From Fonticula alba ATCC 38817 (Eukaryota > Protista > Nucleariida): DNA of 18,637 nucleotides. The notes beneath the pieces are model-generated. The model worked only from the letters and a program-made list of their open reading frames with translations. It ran no database searches and had not been told where the DNA came from. Shown in pieces: positions 1 to 10,086 of this stretch. Position 1 is the stretch's first letter; each line of letters begins with the position of its first letter. Made by a program: the position numbers and the translations under genes. The stretch lies in the NCBI GenBank assembly GCA_000388065.2, contig KB932209.1, one strand, 5' to 3'.

Positions 1-126
1 CCCCCCCGCCCGTCGACTGCCTCTCAGGCAGGAAGGGAGAGGGAAGAACAAACACCAGCCGGACGGGAGATCACCCTCCGCCGGTGGCAAAAGTGATCAC
101 CCCCTATGCTTCGGCCTGTCCGCCCT

Positions 127-2602
127 TCACATCTGACGATTGAAACCACGGTAGGTCCCGGGGCCAGCCGACCCGGGCCCGAGCCCGGCGCCGGGAAAAC
201 GGCCCATGGGCGCCATGCCGGGACCGGGGGTCGGCGACGGGCCACCGGCCTCCGGCTGGCGGGCAGCGCCCATCGGCCCGTGCATGGCCCAAGACCCCTC
301 GCGCTGAGCCCGGCGCTCGGTGCTTAGAATGCCGCGCAGCTGGGCCTCCGGATTACCCGCGCCGGAGCTGTCCCTGGCGGAGAAGGCCACCGGCAGGTGT
401 CCGGAAGCTGGCCAACGGCGGATGACCTCACCACACCACATCTTCATGAGGCCGGCATGTGCGCGGCGCCAGTTGCCGGCCTCGGCCACCGGGTGGCCGC
501 GGTGCGTCGGGTCCGGCGATGCCATGTTCGGCTGCGTCGACAAGCTGTGCAGCAGTGGCGAGTGGACGCTCAGGGTGCCGCGCTTGGACTGCGTGCGATA
601 TGCGGGGTTTCCCATGAAGGAGGCACACCGGGCGATGGGAGGGGAGAAGAAAGCCGGGGGGGTTAGAGAAGTGGAAGAAAAGGAAACTCGCTGACAACCC
701 ATGCGGCAAACACGTACCCGGTAAACGGCCAGCACCGCGTCAAGCAACAAACGCTCGGCCGTGTAAATGGGGGTCGACGCGCGGTCCGGGCGCGGGACCG
801 CTGCCGGGATTTCGCCCAGCACCATGGGGAAGGCATGTGGGTTACCCTCGGCCTCGACACCGGTCGACAGGCGGAAGGCCGCTGCCTCCGGGCCCTCCGG
901 ATCGAATGCCGCCTCGGAGGCATACCGCACCACCACATTCGGCATCGACAAAGACATCGGCCCGACGGTTGGGTGGCCTGGAAACCCAATGTCAGACACA
1001 TGCGCAGGCAGCCACAGCCAGGCAAGAGAGACGGGAGGCAGGGAAGGGGGAAGAAAAAAAAAGAGCCCCAAACCAAGGCAAGCGCACGGAAAGCCCCCCC
1101 CATAGAAAGAACGCACCGATCAACTGCGCACTGCCCACCACATACGGCAGCATGACATAATCATCCAGGCCCCACGCGCCACGCGAGCCCGCCGGCTCCA
1201 GCCCATACCGGCGGATGATCAGTCGCACGGTGCGACTGTAGGCCGGCAGAACGCCGAGAGCCAGGGCGCGCCAATCGCGCAGGCCGCCAGCCACCGGCCC
1301 CGGCAGGGCGGGCGGCTGGCCGGCCATCTCCAGCCATGCCTCTGGCACTTGGAAGCCAAAGTCCAGGAAGGCCAGATCGTAGACGCTAATCTGAGCATTG
1401 CCCGGCAGGGGCATGGAGATGTCACCGACGCGCGGGCCCACTGCCTCGAGCACCGCCTCGGCCACCTGGGGCCCGGTGGAACCGGCAGCCTGCGCGGTAG
1501 CCGCCACACTGGCCGATGCGGACTCCGAGGCCGAGGTTGACGGCCGAGCTGGCTGGCCAACCAGACGCAGACGCGCCAGTCCGGCCACCAACAGCAGGAA
1601 GGCCGTCTCGTGGCCGGTGCCGAAGTCCAGCCGCACCGGGTTCCCGAGGCACGCCTTAAACAGGGCACACAGCTGCTCGGTGGCCGCGGCAATATGTGAC
1701 GAGTCGGCGGTCGAATAGACCGCAGCCAGCAGCGGGGTAAAGACATCCGAGAAGGTCTGGCCGGCAGGAGGTGATGGATGGACAAAGACAGGAGGAAAAG
1801 GAGGAGGCATGGGTCAGGAACATGGAGCAGCAAGACAAGCCACGGCCACGGCCACGGCCACGGCCAGGGTCACTTGCACGGAGACTCCCGGCTTTGGGCC
1901 AGAGGGAGGAAGGAGACAACGAACCTGTGATGCCTTCGAGTGGAAGGTCCGGAAGGCCACATCGCCGAAGCGCCGACCGGCGCCAGTCGGCTCCTTCACT
2001 GGGGCCACCTCGTCCAGCAGGGCCGGGAGCTGGACCTGGAAGAGGTCCCGAAGGGCAAGAATCGCGGGGCTAACCCCGGTCCCGGTGGCCAGGGCGGATT
2101 CCAGCGACTTGGCAGCCGTCTCGGTCCAGGCCCCGGCCGCGGCAGCCGACAGGGCCGCACAGCACTCAATGCAAGTGGCGAAGGCCGCCGAGCTGACCCA
2201 TCGGCTCAAACCGCTGTCATAGTGACGGTGGTGGATGGCGCCGGCCTCGCTGGCGCGAGGATGAGCCACGGGCCCGGCGGCGCCAGCCGATCCGAGAGCC
2301 TCGGTTGCCGGCGCGCCAGCCGCCGGCATCCGCCCGACGTCCGCCAGACGCGTCGGGTCTGCCGGATTGTGCGACGCAGGATGCGACAGGGAGCTCGGGA
2401 GCGGGACCTCGCGCAGGGTGGCGCCATCCTCGAGAACAATGTTCTGAGGCACTGGCAGGTAGTTCAGGTCAAGGATCTTCATAGTGGAGGGAGCAGAAGG
2501 GAGGTCTTAGCATGCCAGGACGAGGAGGAGGCGGAGGCGAGAGAGCAAGAGAGAGGGAGTGAGAGAGAGAGAGAGGGAGGGAGGGAGAGAGAGAGAGGGA
2601 GG

Positions 2603-2635
<33 letters not shown>

Positions 2636-2858
2636 GGAGGGAGAGAGAGAGAGAGGGAGAGAGAGAGAGAGAGAAAGAGGGAGAGAGAGAGAGAGAAAGA
2701 GGGGGAGGGAGAGAGAGAGAAAGAGAGACAGAGAGAAAGGGGGGGGGACGGGCGGTTGGGGAAGATGGACACACCGAAAGGTCCTCGAGGGGCTGGTACA
2801 GCTCGCCAGCTCCGACACTCGGGTCGAAGTCGCTGGCCTTCTGAAGCAGTGTGGCCAT
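127..2858 (-). CDS. PTPA: PP2A phosphatase activator (PTPA/Rrd1-Rrd2 family), 5 exons, about 665 aa
   Basis: Exons (minus strand): 2858-2775, 2476-1925, 1756-1117, 977-718, 588-127. Total 1998 nt with all phases consistent. Family motifs occur in order: RRFGDVAFRTF, GNPVRLDFGTGHE, YGLEPAGSRGAWGLDDY, GSAQLIG|HPT, SKRGTLSVHSPLL, AHAGLMKMWCGEV. Donors are GTGTGT, GTTCGT, GTGCGT and GTACGT. The intron 1 acceptor (GAAG at 2477) is the least certain boundary; a downstream in-phase CAG is an alternative. Confidence 0.9.
1839..1866 (+). repeat. (GCCACG)4 hexamer tandem repeat in PTPA intron 2
   Basis: Four exact GCCACG units plus a partial GCCA, read directly from the sequence. Confidence 0.95.
2539..2736 (+). 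repeat. Imperfect (GA)n purine microsatellite filling PTPA intron 1
   Basis: About 200 nt of GA/GGA/GAAA units. It reads as a CT polypyrimidine tract on the PTPA sense strand. Confidence 0.95.
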
Positions 2859-3361
2859 AGTAGGGGGGAGGGAGGGGGGGAAGGGCAAAAGGAGGACAGG
2901 GGGGGGGGGGTAAGGCCAAAAGGGGGTGGAACCTTCAAGATGGCTTTCGATCGGGTCCGGAATGGGCCCGGAGTGCCGCCCCTTGTGCGGACCCAGGCAG
3001 GACGGCCCTGCAGGCAGTTGTGATAGTGGCGACGTCGGGGGGAAGGCCGCTGGCCAAAAAGGTCAACACTGCTGAGTTGGGAGCTCCCCGACGCCCGGGC
3101 CCCTCTTTGCACCCATCCCCGTGGGGGCAAAAACACATGCGCGAGGGCATTCGCGCGCTAGACGCAGGGAGAACAGAAAAAGCACACACACCATTCGACC
3201 GACCAGCAGACCGGCAGACCGACCGACAGACAGACAGGCAGAGAGACAAAGATTGCCACCTGCGGGAGGATGGGAAAACGTGGTTGTATTTTTGGAGAGA
3301 TCCCCGCCCAGCAGGGGACCGCCGGCCAGGGCACGGCAGGAACATGCCCTGCGTGCTTCTC

Positions 3362-4198
3362 TCAGCGGGAGCGGCGACGCGAGCGCGAGCGCGAGCGCGA
3401 GCGTGAACGACGACGGCGCGAGGAAGAGGAAGAGGACTTCTCGCTTCGGCGGCTACGGCGATCATCCTCGTCCGAGGAGGAGGCCGAGTCATACGAGTCT
3501 GAGGCCGAGTCGTATGAATCATATGAGTCGGAGGAGTCAGACTCGCTATCGTAGCGCCGACGTCCACGGCCCGTGCGCGACGACCGTGAGGAGCGAGACG
3601 ACCGTGAGGAGCGGGAAGATCGCGACGACCTTGAGGACCGCGACGACCGCGATGACCGGGCAGGCGAACGGCTGGCCCGGCGCGACCGCCGTGGAGAGAC
3701 ATCCGACCGTGATGAGCGCGAAGAGCGCGACCCCCGGTCATCGCTGACATTGCCCTTGCCATCGCCGGTCGTGCGTGATGGCCGCACCGGGGGACCCGTC
3801 GGCACGGGGGCTGGGGGATCCAAAACCGGCGCCGGGGCTCCAAACGTCCGGCCCGCCAGCTTGATGTGGTTACGGCACTCATGAGGCAGGTGGCCAGCTG
3901 CATGAAGGGCAAGTGTCGGCCCGGGGACAGAGCGAGGGAGAGTGTCAGACCATTCGGACGGTGTCTCAGACGCGCCGGGTGGGGGGGGTGAAGTAGGCTA
4001 GAACGCACGCTTATTGCAGTGACGACAGGCTCCCGGGAGCTGCTGATCGGTACGGGAAAGGCGCGAGGCCGAGGTACTGGCTTAGTGGGCCAATTCACCG
4101 GCAGAGAAGGGTTAGATGTGGGAGGATAGGAGGAGAATAAAGAAGCAGCCGGGCAGCCGGACAGGCAAGTGGCCTGACGCACCCTGGTGCGATTCCAT
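3362..4198 (-). CDS. SREK1IP1: SREK1IP1/CXIP4-like CCHC zinc-knuckle protein with Ser/Arg-rich tail, 3 exons, about 207 aa
   Basis: Exons: 4198-4183 (16 nt), 4080-4009, 3897-3362; 624 nt in total. Splicing rebuilds CRHCNK|PGHLPHECRNHIKL (CX2CX4HX4C), resembling CKKCGYPGHLTFECRNF of SREK1IP1 as recalled. Both introns start GTGCGT and have CTAAC or CTGAC branch motifs. The C-terminus is SSR/RS/acidic low complexity. The exon 1 assignment is less certain. Confidence 0.75.
3379..3402 (+). repeat. (GCGAGC)4 repeat encoding RS dipeptides on the minus strand
   Basis: Four exact units that encode SRSRSRSR at the C-terminus of the zinc-knuckle protein. Confidence 0.9.
3576..3660 (+). repeat. Degenerate 9-nt coding repeat encoding (SSR)n on the minus strand
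   Basis: CGCGACGAC/CGTGAGGAG-type units with 9-nt period. The minus-strand translation is RSSRSSRSS. Confidence 0.8.
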
Positions 4199-4549
4199 GG
4201 CCGCGGAGAAAAGAAGGCGCAAGGAAAAGTGCGCGAGGAGGGGAGGAGGAGAGCCGAGGGAGATCTGCACACCTCGGCCGGCGGCCTCGCCCCCGACGAC
4301 CAACTGCCTTTTGAGAGGGAAGAAAGTCCAAAATTGTGCTCCTCCAGAACACCCCTCGGGCATGTGATCTGCCTTCGCGCATCCAGTCGTCTTCACTTGA
4401 AAATCAGCAGTCCCGTAGCTCCCTCCAGGAGCGGGAAAAGGGCGGTAAATCCCTGAGCATGGGAGAAAGAGCAAGAGAGCCAGCCGGCTGGGTCGCAGGA
4501 GCTGGGCACCCCCGCCCGCTCCCCGCCCCCCCCCCCCCAGGGGGCCGGC

Positions 4550-4657
4550 NNNNNNNNNNNNNNNNNNNNNNNNNNNNNNNNNNNNNNNNNNNNNNNNNNN
4601 NNNNNNNNNNNNNNNNNNNNNNNNNNNNNNNNNNNNNNNNNNNNNNNNNNNNNNNNN
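4550..4657. other. Assembly gap (108 N) in the divergent intergenic region
   Basis: Run of N. Confidence 1.
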
Positions 4658-5135
4658 CCCCCGCCACCATCATCATCCCCTCATCAGGAGATCTATCCCG
4701 TCCCGCTGGCCGGCGCCCCAGGTCCAGGTGGAAGATCGATTGGGGGTTGAGAGCACTGTCTGCCAACCAAACACCCTCTGGCCCCCCCGTCAGCTGCCCC
4801 CTCTTCCTGTCTCCCTTGTCGCCGGATGCCGCGGCGCGCGGTGCACACCCCCCGAACCGAGGCATAGTCGTGGCAGCGCTGCCGGGCATCGCCCGTGGCG
4901 GCCAAGAGGGTCTCCCCCGCTTGCATACTGGGATCTGAACTGCTCATCCGAATCCTCTCCCCTCCTCCGCCCGCCCGACCCCCGCGCCCCTCCGGCTGCT
5001 CCCTCGCTCCTGCGCTCGCGCGCCCGCCCCGCCCCACTTCCCTGGCATTGCCCGCCCATCCGGCGGCGCCTCCCTCCTCTCCCTCCCCCCCCCCTTCTCC
5101 TCTTCCTCCCTTTCCCTCCCTTTCTCTCCCACCAG

Positions 5136-6445
5136 ATGGCAAACATCACGCAGATGCTCCCTACCGACATGTCCGCGCACGGCGCCACCGGTCCAGCCGA
5201 CTTTTCTCCCCTGGCCCGGGCGCTGTATCCGCACCGCTATGCCGTTGCGGCCGCGGCAGCCGGTGCCTCCGGCGTTCTTGTTGGCTATCCATTCGATCTG
5301 CTGAAAACCCGGATGCAAAACCTCCAGGCCGCCGCTCCCGGCAGCCGGAATTTGTCGGCCTACGCCGTGGCCAAGGGCATCTACCGCGCGGAAGGTACGC
5401 ACCCATGTGCCCTCTTGGCTTGCGCCCAGTCCCGGCCCTTCCCCACCACGACCCACCCTTGGCCGCCAATTCCAAGTCCCTCCCAGCCAACCAACCATGA
5501 CATCTGCTCCCATGCACCCCGCCAGGCGTCCCGGGTCTCTTTCGAGGCATGCTGCCGCCGCTCTTTGTCGTGGGCTTCCTCAAGTCGCTGGCCTTCCAAA
5601 CATATGAGTCACTGAAGATGGGCATGGAGGAGCCGTATGTGCGCACCTTCCAGCCCCAGCCCTCGGACTTGGCGGTGTTCGGTGCTCGCTTTGAGGTCCC
5701 GATGCCGGTGATCATCGCGGCTGGCGCACTGTCCGGCGCGGCGATCGCCGCCCTCAACAGCCCGCTGGACACTATCAAGGTCAACATGCAGATGGCCCGC
5801 GCGTCGGTCGCCGACTCTCCCTCCGCCGGTCCTGCCGCCTCGGCCACCGCGGCCCCCGCCCCGGCCAAGCCCCCACGTGTCAGTCTATTTGGCACGATCC
5901 GGTCCATTCGGGAGCGGAATGGCTCCTACCTGGCCCTGTACCGGGCGGCGCACATCCACATCGGCCGGGACTTCATTGGCACCGGGGTCTACTTTGCCAC
6001 GTACGAACTCTTCCGGCGGATGTATCTTCACTCCAGGCTCCGCCTGCACCAGGCCAACACGGCGGCCGCCGAGCAGGGCGGACCCCGGGGCCCGGTGGCT
6101 CCGCTGACGGCTTCCGAACTCGGCGCCATGGCCATGGTCGCTGGCGGCCTCGCTGGCATGGCCTCCTGGACGGTGATGTTTCCCCTGGATCTGGTCAAGT
6201 CGCGACTACAGTCGGCCCTCCTCGGAGCGGCATCCGGCCAGAACTCCCCTGGTGCCCGGCCCGGTGGGAACTCCTTCCTGGCATGCGCTCGAGCCACCCT
6301 GGCCGAGGGCCACGGTGACTATCGTGTCTTCTACCGCGGCCTCGGGCCAACTCTCTTCCGGGCCTTCCCTCTGCATGCGCTGAACTTCATCGTATACGAG
6401 TCCGTCCGCGAGTGGATAGAACAGCGTAGCGGCCTGACAAACTAA
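5136..6445 (+). CDS. SLC25 mitochondrial carrier, probably of the amino-acid/carnitine-type clade, 2 exons, about 392 aa
   Basis: Exons: 5136-5394 and 5526-6445; intron 5395-5525 runs GTACGC...CCAG, phase 1. There are three carrier signatures (PFDLLKTRMQ, PLDTIKVNMQ, PLDLVKSRLQ), GLFRG/FYRGLGP motifs, and RD at contact point II (GRDFIG), typical of amino-acid-type carriers. The substrate cannot be assigned from sequence. Confidence 0.93.
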
Positions 6446-7132
6446 CATACAATAGACGACCCCGCTCTAGGCATGCAAGTGCTCGCGTGTGCCTGTTTGT
6501 GTTCCGGCGGAACGGGCGCCTCCGCTCGCGCGCTCCCCTCCGAAGCTGTCTGCACGCGAGTGCGCCCGCTCCGGCCTCTGCCCTTGGTGCATGTGTGTGT
6601 ATCTCCACAAACCCTCGCCCCCTCCCCCGCACCCGGGCTCACGAAAAACAAGCAAGAAAAGTGCCCCAGAAGCGGGAGCGCCGACACGCCGCAGCAAGAC
6701 CGAGCTACACGTGCTTGACGATCACGTGCCCCACCTCGTGGAGGTATAGCTCCTAGATCTCCCCCACCGCCGCTGGTGGCCGCGCATTTTTTGTCTCTCC
6801 CTGTGCAAGCATTTTTACGCCCACGCCCACACGCACACACCGACGCCCATGCGTTTTCTCCCGGTGGATGTGGCTCCCCGGAGGCGAGAGGCGGCCAAGC
6901 CTCAGACGATGTCTAGGGGACTGTCACCACCGGCAAGAGGGCAAGGCAGGGGAACGCCCCCCCCAAGAGCCCCCGCGGCATTCCCCGCACCCAGGTGCAG
7001 TGTGATCTGGCTTCCCTCCCTCCCTCTTCCTCCCCCTCCTCCGTCACACTCCTCCCCCCTCTGTCCCTGGCGCCTGGGCCCCCTTTTCTCCTCTGGGCCT
7101 CTCTTCCCCCTGCCACGCCTGTTGCCATCCCC

Positions 7133-7135
<3 letters not shown>

Positions 7136-7180
<45 letters not shown>
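7136..7180 (+). repeat. (CA)22 microsatellite ending 19 nt upstream of the RIX1 start codon
   Basis: Perfect CA run read directly from the sequence. Confidence 0.97.
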
Positions 7181-7182
<2 letters not shown>

Positions 7183-7199
7183 CCCACCACAAACGCACC

Positions 7200-10086
7200 A
7201 TGGCTACCCTCCTTCCGAAGAGCTCGGCCGCCGGGATGCACTTCCCGGACCCGCTGCGCCATCTTCTTGACGGCCTTCTGGCCACGGATCATTCGGTCGG
7301 CCAGAACTTGGCCCCGACTCTGGACATCCTGCGGTCGGACGGAGCGCGCATGTTCGCCTGGGCCGCGGCCGAGGAGACTCGCCTGGAGGCCGGCGCCGTG
7401 GCCGCTGGCACTTCAACCGACGAGGCCTTCCAGCGGACGACCCTCCACGCATGGACACAGAAGGTGTCCGGGTTGTTGCAGGGCCGCGCCCTGCGCGGAC
7501 GTCTTGCCGGATGCCTGCTGGCCTCGGCCACGGCGCACTTTCTGCCGGCCACCGCCCTGGCCCGCGGTGCTGGGGCCTGGTTCAACCACCTGCTTGCGAA
7601 TGCCCGCATGAGTGCTGCCGGGTTCACGGCCCGCGAGGGCGAGCTGCCGGCCACGCAGCTTGGACCGACCATCCGCGCGGCGGCCCTGCACGCGGTGGCC
7701 CATCTGACTGCTGTGTGCGCCCGGCAGCCCACCCTCCGTCGGGACGTCCTCCTTGGCGGGTCGGCCGGCAACCAGGTCCAGCAGAAGGTCGTTGCCCTGC
7801 TGGGGGAGGTGGCCTCCTCCAGCCGCAGCAGCCCGGCCGAGGTGGAAGTGGCCCTGGCGGCTTTTGCCGCACTGGCCCCGGTCCTGGGGACCAGCCTGCG
7901 CCCGGCCCAGGAGCGTATCCTGTCGGGGCTCTGCCGGTCGCTGTCTGAGGCGGCCGGCCGCCAGCAGGCCACCTGCGACCTGGCCGCCAGTCGGGCCTTC
8001 TGGGCATTGGCCGGTCTGGCCGGGCCGCGCATGGTCCCGGTCTCCTGGTCTGGGGCCGTCTGTGCGGTGGCCTGCGCCGTTGATGATGCGCTGGATCTCC
8101 TGACCCTCCCGGTGCAGCAGGACCTGTCACGGATGTCCTTGCGTATGCTGGCCGGTCGCCTGCCCGGGCCTCCGGGGTCCGGCGGTGCCACCACCCGTTT
8201 GCTGGACTTCGCCCCTCCGGCCCGACTGCTGGACAGCCTGGCCACCGTTACCGGGTCGACCGGTGCCTCGGCCGCGACGACCATCGAGTTGTTTGGGCGT
8301 TTCAGCCGCGCGGCCGATCTCCTGGTAGCAGGCCTGTCGCGCAGTGCGCCGCCCATGCTTGGCCCGCCGCCCATCCCGGCCGGTGTGCTTTTCCTCCTGG
8401 CCGAGCGTATCCTTTCTTTGGGGCTGGCCCCGCCCCGGTCGCCGCAGATGGCCCCCTCCAGTGACTACTCAAGCTTGCTGGCGGTTCTGCCACGCGTCCT
8501 GGCCCATGGCCTGCGTCTGTTGCAGGCCTTGCTATCGTCGCTCGGAGTCCGCGCTGCGGCCGTGGCCCCGCGCTTTGCCATGCTGCTGCGCATGGTCCTC
8601 AGCCAGTCGGCCCATTGCCCGTGCGTGAGCTCCCCCTCGTCTCGTACTCGACATCCCCCCCCCTGTCGGGCCCCCCCCCCCCCCTACCATCGCCTGCATG
8701 TCCGGGACTAACATTTGCCCCTTGTCGGATTTCCCGCCCACCCCTCGCCCTCGGCCCGGTGCCGCCACCATTCTGTCTCTCAGGGAGGTCCGGATTGAGG
8801 CCTACAAGACCATGACCCTGGCGGTGGATATTCTTGGGCGTGACTTTGTCGGTCGTGCGTGTGCCAATCCTCCCCCTCCCCCTCGCATCGCTCGCCATTT
8901 GTTGCCCATGCTCACGCGTCCATTCGGCCTGTGTGCATGCATCTGTCCAGTCGATGTCACTCCATTTGCGGCCTTCTGCCTGGCCGATGTGGATCGGCTG
9001 CTTAGCGCGGCAGTGACCCAATCGGCCAATAGCTCGACCGCCCCGCTGTCGGAGGATGCCCGCATTTCGGCTGCCTCGCAAGGGAAGAAGCGCCGGCGCG
9101 CGCGCGGTGATAATGACACCAGCCCTCCGGTGGCCAGCTCCGTCGGTGTGGCGGTCGACCCGGACCAGATCCCCGGTGTGGATCTCTTTGATCAAGCTCC
9201 GGCAGAGATTGCCCTCCATGGCTTGGGGTTCTTGAAGGCGCTGCTGCTGGCGGCCGGTGGTCAGCCGGAGGAAATCGGCTGGCGTGCCCGGTGTGAGTTG
9301 ACTCTGGCCCGGCTGCTTGTCCCGGCCAGCATGTGCACCTACAGCGCCGGCGAGCTGGGCAACGCCGCGGCCCCGGTCCTGGCCGCGGCTCTCGAGTGTC
9401 TGGCCATTGCTGCCGGGGCGCCGAATGCCCGGGCCGACTCGCCGGCCCTGCCTCTGGCTCTCCAGGTGGCCTCCGGGGTGATGGCTTCTCAAAACCCGGC
9501 CCTGCGCGCGGCTGCCCGTGTCCAGGCTCTTCCCCTGCTTGTGGCCAATGTGCATCCCCGGGCTCCGGCCATGCGCGGCTTCTCGGCCGAGGATTTGGCC
9601 GGTGTGGCGGTGGCCCGACAGGCCACCGCGGCTGCCGATCTCCAGGACGCCCTTGAGGACCAGTTGGCCCTGGAGGCTGCCAGCTACCGGGCCCCGGTCG
9701 TGAGTAAGGGGTCTCCCGCGGAGCCGGCCTTCGGCTTCGGCCAAACAGCGGCCACGGCTGCCGCCGCCACCGCCGCCGCTACCTCGACTCCGGCTCCTGC
9801 CCCCATGGTGCCTGCCACCGCACCGTTGACCATGGCATTGCCGCAGGTGGCCTCGGTCCCTCCATCGACCACGACGCCCGCTTCTGCCCCTTCGGCCACC
9901 GAGGACTCGCCTTCCAAGCGCCAGAAAACCGCGGCTCCGGCGCTGGCCATGCCCACTGCCCCGGTCTCTGCTTCGACTCCGGACAACACAGCGTCGAAGA
10001 AGGACGAGTCGGAGGACGACCTGCCGCAGGAAGATAGTGACATCGAATTTGACCTTGACGCCGGCCCTGACAGTGATCAGGATTAG
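7200..10086 (+). CDS. RIX1: Pre-rRNA processing protein RIX1/PELP1 (rixosome subunit), 2 exons, about 907 aa
   Basis: Exons: 7200-8620 and 8784-10086; intron 8621-8783 runs GTGCGT...GACTAAC...TCTCAG, phase 2. The N-terminal WTQKVSGLLQGRALRGRLAGCLL...GAWFNHLL matches the RIX1 N-domain pattern. Also present are EVRIEAYKTM after the junction, the VHPRAP motif (PELP1 HPRxP) and an acidic C-terminus EDSDIEFDLDAGPDSDQD. Confidence 0.8.

Noticed and set aside
3573-3884. Plus-strand ORF with mixed-charge DDREER repeats
   Set aside because: It is the antisense reading of the SSR repeat. The minus strand carries the spliced zinc knuckle.
2858-7214. PTPA and RIX1 both start MATLL
   Set aside because: The codons differ and similarity stops after five residues, so this is a coincidence.
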